This document shows, in pieces, positions 57,501 through 62,879 of a stretch of 62,879 nt of DNA. The translations under genes were made by a program, and so were the position numbers. This stretch comes from Ascoidea asiatica JCM 7603. Lineage: Eukaryota > Fungi > Ascomycota. The notes beneath the pieces are model-generated. The model was not told the DNA's origin and did not search any database. It saw only the letters and a program-made list of their open reading frames with translations. Numbering within the stretch: position 1 is the first letter of the stretch; the number at the start of each line of letters is the position of its first letter. The stretch lies in the NCBI GenBank assembly GCA_001600695.1, contig BCKQ01000006.1:699752-762630 (forward strand). The letters run 5' to 3'.

Positions 57501-60500
57501 TCAGTGATAGAATCACCATCAACAACAATTGATTCATTTTACTCATCCGAAGCGCGCTCAGATCAAACAAATTTAGTGACAAGTTTTGATGCTTCAAAAA
57601 TTTTTATAGTATCTTCTGGTACTACAATAAATTTTATCAGTTCCACCTCAATTTCAGAATTATCATCTTTTTATACAGGGGCTTCGCAAAGTTCAGTAAC
57701 GATATTTAGCAAATCTACTCATAAACCAATATTAATTGGGAAACTCTCATCTACTATAAAAAGCAAAAGCTCTAATGGTAAAGAATCGACCACCCAGTCT
57801 TTACTCGAAACTTCAAATCCATTTTCTCAAACATCAATTTTATTACCTACCAGCCAATTGATCAAACCTGAACTTTCGGGAACTCCAGTTGCTTCAAGTA
57901 CACCTGTCTCTTCAATGGAAATTCCTATCTCTTCCTCTGACTTTCATGGATCTTCCTTCAAGCTTACTGGCTCCTCGATTACTTTATCTAGCAAGAGCAA
58001 TGTGGTTTCAAGCTCAAAATACCCTCGAATTTCTAGTTCATCATTATTCAATACCAAAACATCTAGTTCTTCAAGTGATTTATCAAGTACTCCAATTATA
58101 AAATTAACCTCTACAATTTCTGTATCTAGTTCTACAGTCATAAAATCAAGTTCTTCTAATGAATACTCTAGTTCTTCACAATCAGATACTATAAGTCCCA
58201 TATCTAGTTTTTCAATTCCAGTATCTAGTTCTACAGTTACAGAATCAAGATCTTCTATTATATCACTAAGCACTTCGATTATACAATCAACTTCTTCAAT
58301 TATATCATTAGGATCTTCTATTAAATCATCAAGTTCTTCGATTTCAATATTTAGCCCTTCAATCACATCATTAACATCGTCTATTGAATCATCCAGTTCC
58401 TCAATCGAATCACCCAGCTCTTCAATTCAAATATTTAGCTCTTTTGCAAAATCATCAATTTTATCTTTGGCTAGCTCATTGACAGATACAAATAATAATA
58501 CACTAAGTGTAATATCCGAATCTTCATTATATACCGAATTATTAACTACCCAATTAAATCCAACTAGTTCTTCAATTTCTTCTTTTTACCCGGTAACTTC
58601 TTCCAAAATGGAATCTAGTTCCTCCAATTTCAATGACTTTTCTGATAAAATATCACAGAGTTCGAGTTCTATAATTGCAGTATCAAGTGAAGCATCTAGA
58701 GTATATTCGCAAGTTTTGCCCAGCAATCCATTAAGCAGCATAGTCAATGAAAAATCCGAGGAAATATCTTCCAGTCAAATTAACTCAATTACTTCTTCTG
58801 CTTTTGTTTCTTCATTATCTTTCTTATTTGTTTCTTCAACTTCCTTTATTAACTCAGCCGTCTCTGCCTCCACAGCTTTCCAACCAGATACAAATGAAGT
58901 TTCCTCTACCGCCTTTTCCTCCGCCTCTATTTCCGGATCCGGATTATTTTTTACTAATCCTTCTACAACTGCAAAAGCATCTCTTACTGATTCTTTAATC
59001 CAGACCAAAGATATTTTTTCTCTTTCTTCTTCTTATTCTATTTCTTCACAGTCTGCTTCTCTTTCTCAATCATCTCCTGCAAGAAAGATATCGTCTAATT
59101 TTCAATCATCTGATATTTTTATCACAGAAACAGAAACCCAGATAATCAGTACAGAGTATGTCACTAATCCAAGCTCTTCTTCACATAGTTTAACTGCTTT
59201 ATCTAAGACTGTCTTATCAACAGAGTTTACATCAAGTCAAGAAACCGGAACTTCAAAGGACTCTAGTTTGATGAGCAGTTATAACGTCCAATCTTCTGCA
59301 AAATTTACTTCTTTTTCAAAAACAATTTTAGCTAAAGAAAGATCAAGCTCTCAGCCTAGTAGTGATAGAGTGAATTCTCAAACAGTCTCGGAAGATAATG
59401 CTCGTTATACATATTCCACTTTTTCAAATCCAAGTAATGGAATCACTACTATTGCTGCGTCAACTTTAGCTAATAATAATACCACAACTCAATCCAGTAA
59501 TAAAATAATTGAAACATATGATAGTTCTTCAAATGTTGTAACTACTACTTCAAGTTCAAGTGTCCATTTAACTTCTTCTCCAACGGCAACCTCAGCTTCA
59601 TTTTCTACAGAAAAAGGAAAAAAAAGTCTCTCAAGTAATTCAGAAATTGAAACTGGAACTGAAACTGGAACTGGAACTGAAAAGAAAAAATTTTCCCAAG
59701 TTATTTCTAGCACTGGCTCAAGTCAATCTGAGATATCAATTTCATTTTCCAGAACTTTATTAGCTAAAGAAAAAACTCAATCAAGTTCAGCGATGATGAT
59801 CAAAAGTAGTCTTCAATCCGTTATCACAACAGTTTCTAGTCCAAGCAGTGAAACTACCCTTTTTTCAACAATATTATCAACTGAAGTAAGAAATACTGTG
59901 TTCTATTCGGATACAGTTAGTGAAGTAGACGATTTCAATTCAGAAATTGTGAGCGGAACTAATATTCGATCTACTCCTACTACTATTAACACATTAAGTA
60001 TTACTACTACTTCGAATCCAATAAGTAACAATATTTTTTTTTCAAAAACACTTTTAGAAAAAGAAAAGAGTAAAGATGAAACTGAAATTGAAAGTAAATC
60101 TCAAATTACTACCATTGTTTCAAATAATGAAAATGACTCCTTTTCAAAAACTTTATTAGCTGAAGAAAGAACTTTATCTGAGTCTACTATTACTAATGAA
60201 ACAGATGTTTCAGAATCAGATATTGTCACCGAATTTAGTACTGAAACTATTTCTGCTATTCCTATTACTACTGATTCAAATAATGAAAATGCCTCTTTTT
60301 CAAAGACATTATTAGCGGAAGAAGGAACTTTTTCTGAGTCTATTATTACTGAAACTATTTCATCTATTACTACTACTACTGATTCAAATAATGAGAATGT
60401 TTCTTTTTCAAAGACATTGTTGGCTGAAGAAAGAACTTTATCTGAGTCTACTATTACTAATGAAACAGATGTTTTAGAATCAGATATTGTCATCGAATTT

Positions 60501-60923
60501 AGTACTGAAACTATTTCAACTATTACTACTACTACCAACTCAAATAATGAAAATGCCTCTTTCTCAAAAACTTTATTAGCTGAAGAAATAACAGGATATC
60601 AAACTGATGTATTTGAAACAGAAACGGTAACAGATGAGACTACTCAATATGTTTCTCAAACTTCTTCAATTTCAAGTGACGAGAATACTTTTTTTTCAAA
60701 AACAATTTTAGCTGAAGAAAACACTATTAATACGGGAGATTATAACACATTCTCCTCTTCTTATATTTCTAAATCTATTTCTCTAGAATATTCTTCTTCA
60801 GCAAATAATCTAACGTCAGTTCCAGCATATGTGATGATAGGTTCGTCGTCAAAAAATTTACCACATAGCTGGTTAGTTGCTATTATTTTCACGGTTTTTT
60901 CTATTTCTTTATGTCTCATTTAA
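54591..60923 (+). CDS. 2110-aa GPI adhesin with two tandem Flo11 domains and a long Ser/Thr stalk
   Basis: ATG 54591 starts signal peptide MRGISFLFFFIILLKLVYSA; two copies of YKITLDF..ISELKIIGL..LYS..FQVQYDWC..NW..C..DFP.YCW; hydrophobic C-terminus. Confidence 0.9.
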   Translation: MRGISFLFFFIILLKLVYSATTTNSEIFPTCTSYDYGAYDNNPKATIQYSNLEHISDNNYKITLDFNCPDALSVSAISELKIIGLTVPSGYSGTKVLYSDNSKVYDIEDPGSWSADLVIQATKYDDISCISSFQVQYDWCYNTGLKDKTGQCSNWEYSTSYDYSFACAPQADFPEYCWSNTLATSTSTSTKTTATVASLTKCTTTTSTKPVVNNPTTTTSIKESSTTCTTSLKKETKSASTLEKKEFSSIIEIRSSTLSVSRTSNIQSSYMSSISTSSTDSEIFPTCTSYDYGAYDNNPKATIQYSNLEHISDNNYKITLDFNCPDALSVSAISELKIIGLTVPSGYSGTKVLYSDNSKVYDIEDPGSWSADLVIQATKYDDISCISSFQVQYDWCYNTGLKDKTGQCSNWEYSTSYDYSFACAPQADFPQYCWSNKITSSSALIISSSTNSISDVTSSLPISSFSTSPISISQPSSSSMVSYSSKVPKAFSSSYLSSLYSDYSITTSFSTDQPSSSSTTSYLNRASSSSPLSSSYINSLPIGVSQSSSLLMVSHSSEGPKTFSFSSHSSLSISSSSISTDQPISSSMTSYSNEVPNTSSSLSHSSSCFSSSSNSTGQSSPSSKVSYSGEVTKAFSFSSLDSVPSMDSYSRETTQSFSSSSLSSSYLGTSFTTASISNSQTSLTSMMGYLSETPNTFRSSYSDSSPISSGQPSSSSITNYLNGASSSLSVSSSYSGVSSISVSQRSSLSITSFSSEVPKDFSFSTLISSALSSPYSSSLYISISQQSSSLIGSFSSEVPKAFSSSALSSSYSDSPITTSPISISQSSSSSMASYSSKIPKVFSSSFVTSPSLPAVTFSSTSSIFISSVAPSSIIPNRNSISSKTDLGTSVSMQTISSNMDAYSKSIQKNSITHSSSYINTGYFYSNSSLVSTNKPVESSNSQSNEKSTSLITSTAIFIPSSELATEASKSSVIESPSTTIDSFYSSEARSDQTNLVTSFDASKIFIVSSGTTINFISSTSISELSSFYTGASQSSVTIFSKSTHKPILIGKLSSTIKSKSSNGKESTTQSLLETSNPFSQTSILLPTSQLIKPELSGTPVASSTPVSSMEIPISSSDFHGSSFKLTGSSITLSSKSNVVSSSKYPRISSSSLFNTKTSSSSSDLSSTPIIKLTSTISVSSSTVIKSSSSNEYSSSSQSDTISPISSFSIPVSSSTVTESRSSIISLSTSIIQSTSSIISLGSSIKSSSSSISIFSPSITSLTSSIESSSSSIESPSSSIQIFSSFAKSSILSLASSLTDTNNNTLSVISESSLYTELLTTQLNPTSSSISSFYPVTSSKMESSSSNFNDFSDKISQSSSSIIAVSSEASRVYSQVLPSNPLSSIVNEKSEEISSSQINSITSSAFVSSLSFLFVSSTSFINSAVSASTAFQPDTNEVSSTAFSSASISGSGLFFTNPSTTAKASLTDSLIQTKDIFSLSSSYSISSQSASLSQSSPARKISSNFQSSDIFITETETQIISTEYVTNPSSSSHSLTALSKTVLSTEFTSSQETGTSKDSSLMSSYNVQSSAKFTSFSKTILAKERSSSQPSSDRVNSQTVSEDNARYTYSTFSNPSNGITTIAASTLANNNTTTQSSNKIIETYDSSSNVVTTTSSSSVHLTSSPTATSASFSTEKGKKSLSSNSEIETGTETGTGTEKKKFSQVISSTGSSQSEISISFSRTLLAKEKTQSSSAMMIKSSLQSVITTVSSPSSETTLFSTILSTEVRNTVFYSDTVSEVDDFNSEIVSGTNIRSTPTTINTLSITTTSNPISNNIFFSKTLLEKEKSKDETEIESKSQITTIVSNNENDSFSKTLLAEERTLSESTITNETDVSESDIVTEFSTETISAIPITTDSNNENASFSKTLLAEEGTFSESIITETISSITTTTDSNNENVSFSKTLLAEERTLSESTITNETDVLESDIVIEFSTETISTITTTTNSNNENASFSKTLLAEEITGYQTDVFETETVTDETTQYVSQTSSISSDENTFFSKTILAEENTINTGDYNTFSSSYISKSISLEYSSSANNLTSVPAYVMIGSSSKNLPHSWLVAIIFTVFSISLCLI
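54666..55898 (+). repeat. near-perfect 465-bp direct duplication (54666-55130 and 55434-55898, offset 768)
   Basis: identical by eye except for about 4 edge substitutions; duplicated shadow ORFs 54838 and 55606 in the track are identical. Confidence 0.95.
60121..60590 (+). repeat. coding tandem repeats of 156/108/156 bp (SNNEN.SFSKTLLAEE...)
   Basis: CAAATAATGA unit starts at 60121, 60277, 60385, 60541. Confidence 0.9.
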
Positions 60924-61167
60924 ATATAATTTATATTTCATAAAAAGCTTATTTTTTTATATGTTCTTTTTCTTTTACATTACATACTTTTAAACCATTT
61001 TAAATAGCATTATTTTATTTATAGAACTTGAATCAATACTCTTTAGTGATTCCTACTAGATCTACGATATCAATATCTAAATGAAAATAAAAATTTGAAT
61101 CATACAGTATATAAGTTATAAATTAAAAATTATAGATCTTGGTTAGAAAAAATTCCCACACTATTTA

Positions 61168-62783
61168 TTATACAGGATTAGCATAATGCTCTTCTTTTTT
61201 ATTATTTTCTAAAAGTAGTTGTTTTAAAATAAATCTTGCAATGTCTTCATCTTCAAAATAACTTACATGAGCTCCTATTGCTGACAAAATTGAAATATCA
61301 AAATATCCTTCAGATAAAGAATAATCTACTCTTCCTGAAGAATTACATTTTTTAACTAAGTCAAATGATTTGAGTGGAATTTTTATTTTACGCTCAAACT
61401 TATTAGCTTCTAATTTTGATATATCTTTTTTTTCTGCGCCAATTTGTTCAATTGTTTCCCCTTTGGTAGTATCATTTGATAGATTATTATCAATTTTATT
61501 TTCTTCTATATCATTTTTATCACCATGCAATTTAAAATCAAATACATTTGAAGCCATATCAACTATTTCACCACTTATTGTAGATATACTTTCAACTTTA
61601 GATTTTAAGGAATTTAATCCACCATTGGAAGGAATTGTAACTGGTTCATATTTTGAATAGTCTAATGATATCAAAGGCTCAACTCTATAACCAACTGGAT
61701 CACAAGGATGAAATATATTATAATAATTTTCACAATTTAATAAAGAAATTCTTGAATCATTATTAAAATTTTTTTGATTTTTTGCAGAACCTATTTTTTT
61801 CCTTTTAATTAAATTGAATAATCCAACTGGTGAACCAATTCCAAAAAAATTGGTTACTGGAAAATTAAAATTTTTTTTATTATCAGATAAAATATCAAAA
61901 GTAATTGCAGAGCCTAAAGAATGACCAATTATACTAACTTTACCATTGAAATTTGGATTAAATTTTAAAAATTTTGAAAAAATTTCATTTGCTTCATTAA
62001 TAACATGTTGTTTAATATCTTGATTATAACTATAATTATTTAAAGGTTTAGAAGTATCAGTAATTGGAATTGAAGGAACAGAAGGTATATTTAAATATAA
62101 TAAAATATCTAATAAAATATCAGCAACCATTTCTCTTATTGGTTTTACACCACTTATTGTAATATCATTTAAAGAAGGTAAATCACCATTATTTAATTTT
62201 ATATCTTTTTCAAATTCTAATTTATTTCTCCAAAATATTGGTAAAACTTGAATTTTACAATTATTTTTAATTTCATTTAAAATATTTTGATTATTATTTG
62301 AATGTTTTTCAGAAAATGAAGGATGAGCTAAATTTTGAAAATATTTATCTTTTGAATAAATATTTTTTATACCTTTTCTAAGCATATTAACAGTATGAAC
62401 AAAATTTACAGATTGATATTTTGAACCTAAAATTTGACCAATTCCATGAACACAAAATACAAGATGATCAATTTTTCTATCATGACTTTTATTTGAATTT
62501 AAATTAAATAAATTTTTATTATTTTGATTATTATTTAATTTATAATCTTTATTATCATAATCAGATTCAATTTCTAATCTCATAGCTTCTGTTGAATTAT
62601 TATCATTTAAATTTTCATCATTAATTGAATTTTCTTTTTGATTCTTATTATTAATATCTTTAGATTTTGAATTTGAATCAGATTTTGAAGATACATTCAT
62701 AACTAAATTTAAGAATTCATTTTCAAATAAAGAAGATAAAGCAGGAATTCTATCTTTAGTTTTGGAAGATTTATCACTGGTGA

Positions 62784-62879
<96 letters not shown>
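61168..62879 (-). CDS. DDL1: DDHD-domain phospholipase A1, 5'-truncated by the window edge
   Basis: DHLVFCVHGIG, QVLPIFWR, GHSLGS, NIFHPCDPVGYRVEP, RVDY, AHVSYF; the frame stays open from 62700 to the window end (N-run VTSDKSSKTKDRIPALSSLFENEFLNLV-M). Confidence 0.88.
62785..62879. repeat. (ATT)31+ microsatellite encoding poly-Asn in DDL1
   Basis: 95 nt of uninterrupted ATT up to the window end. Confidence 0.97.

Noticed and set aside
55097-60538. Many antisense and off-frame ORFs inside the large adhesin and other low-complexity genes
   Set aside because: Shadow ORFs produced by repetitive codon usage on the real coding strand

Overview
Gene-dense, extremely AT-rich segment of a budding-yeast (Saccharomycotina) nuclear genome; the window starts in poly-A and ends in (ATT)n, so it is probably a whole contig broken at simple repeats. 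It carries 23 protein-coding genes and one tRNA-Glu(CUC). Gene identities come from my recognition of motifs, not from database searches: RTC4, MRX1-like PPR, ECM3, LAA2, AAC2/PET9, RPS7 (intron), ARF3, BZZ1, CYB5, AZF1, DUF3074, class-3 lipase, RNH201, LAT1, RIB1, RRT2/DPH7, RPL16 (intron), a Flo11-domain adhesin, SSY5, ERB1, a CCW12/SED1-like wall protein, a 2110-aa adhesin with two nearly identical Flo11 domains, and a 5'-truncated DDL1. No CRISPR array, intact mobile element or rRNA is seen, and I cannot support a wholly new multi-gene system. The best leads are: (1) a fixed-spacing composite element ATAGCCCTAT-N7-CACCTGAC in both ribosomal-protein promoters; (2) the homogenised tandem Flo11 domains and an adhesin cluster around a 5.5-kb ORF-free region; (3) a three-way-junction structure hiding a cryptic 3' splice site in the RPL16 intron; (4) a candidate ~230-nt structured ncRNA between LAT1 and RIB1; (5) a degenerate 28-bp array in front of the tRNA; (6) CTG codons found only in poorly conserved segments, suggesting a CUG-reassigned or ambiguous lineage; (7) promoters that are GC islands in an AT-rich coding background.
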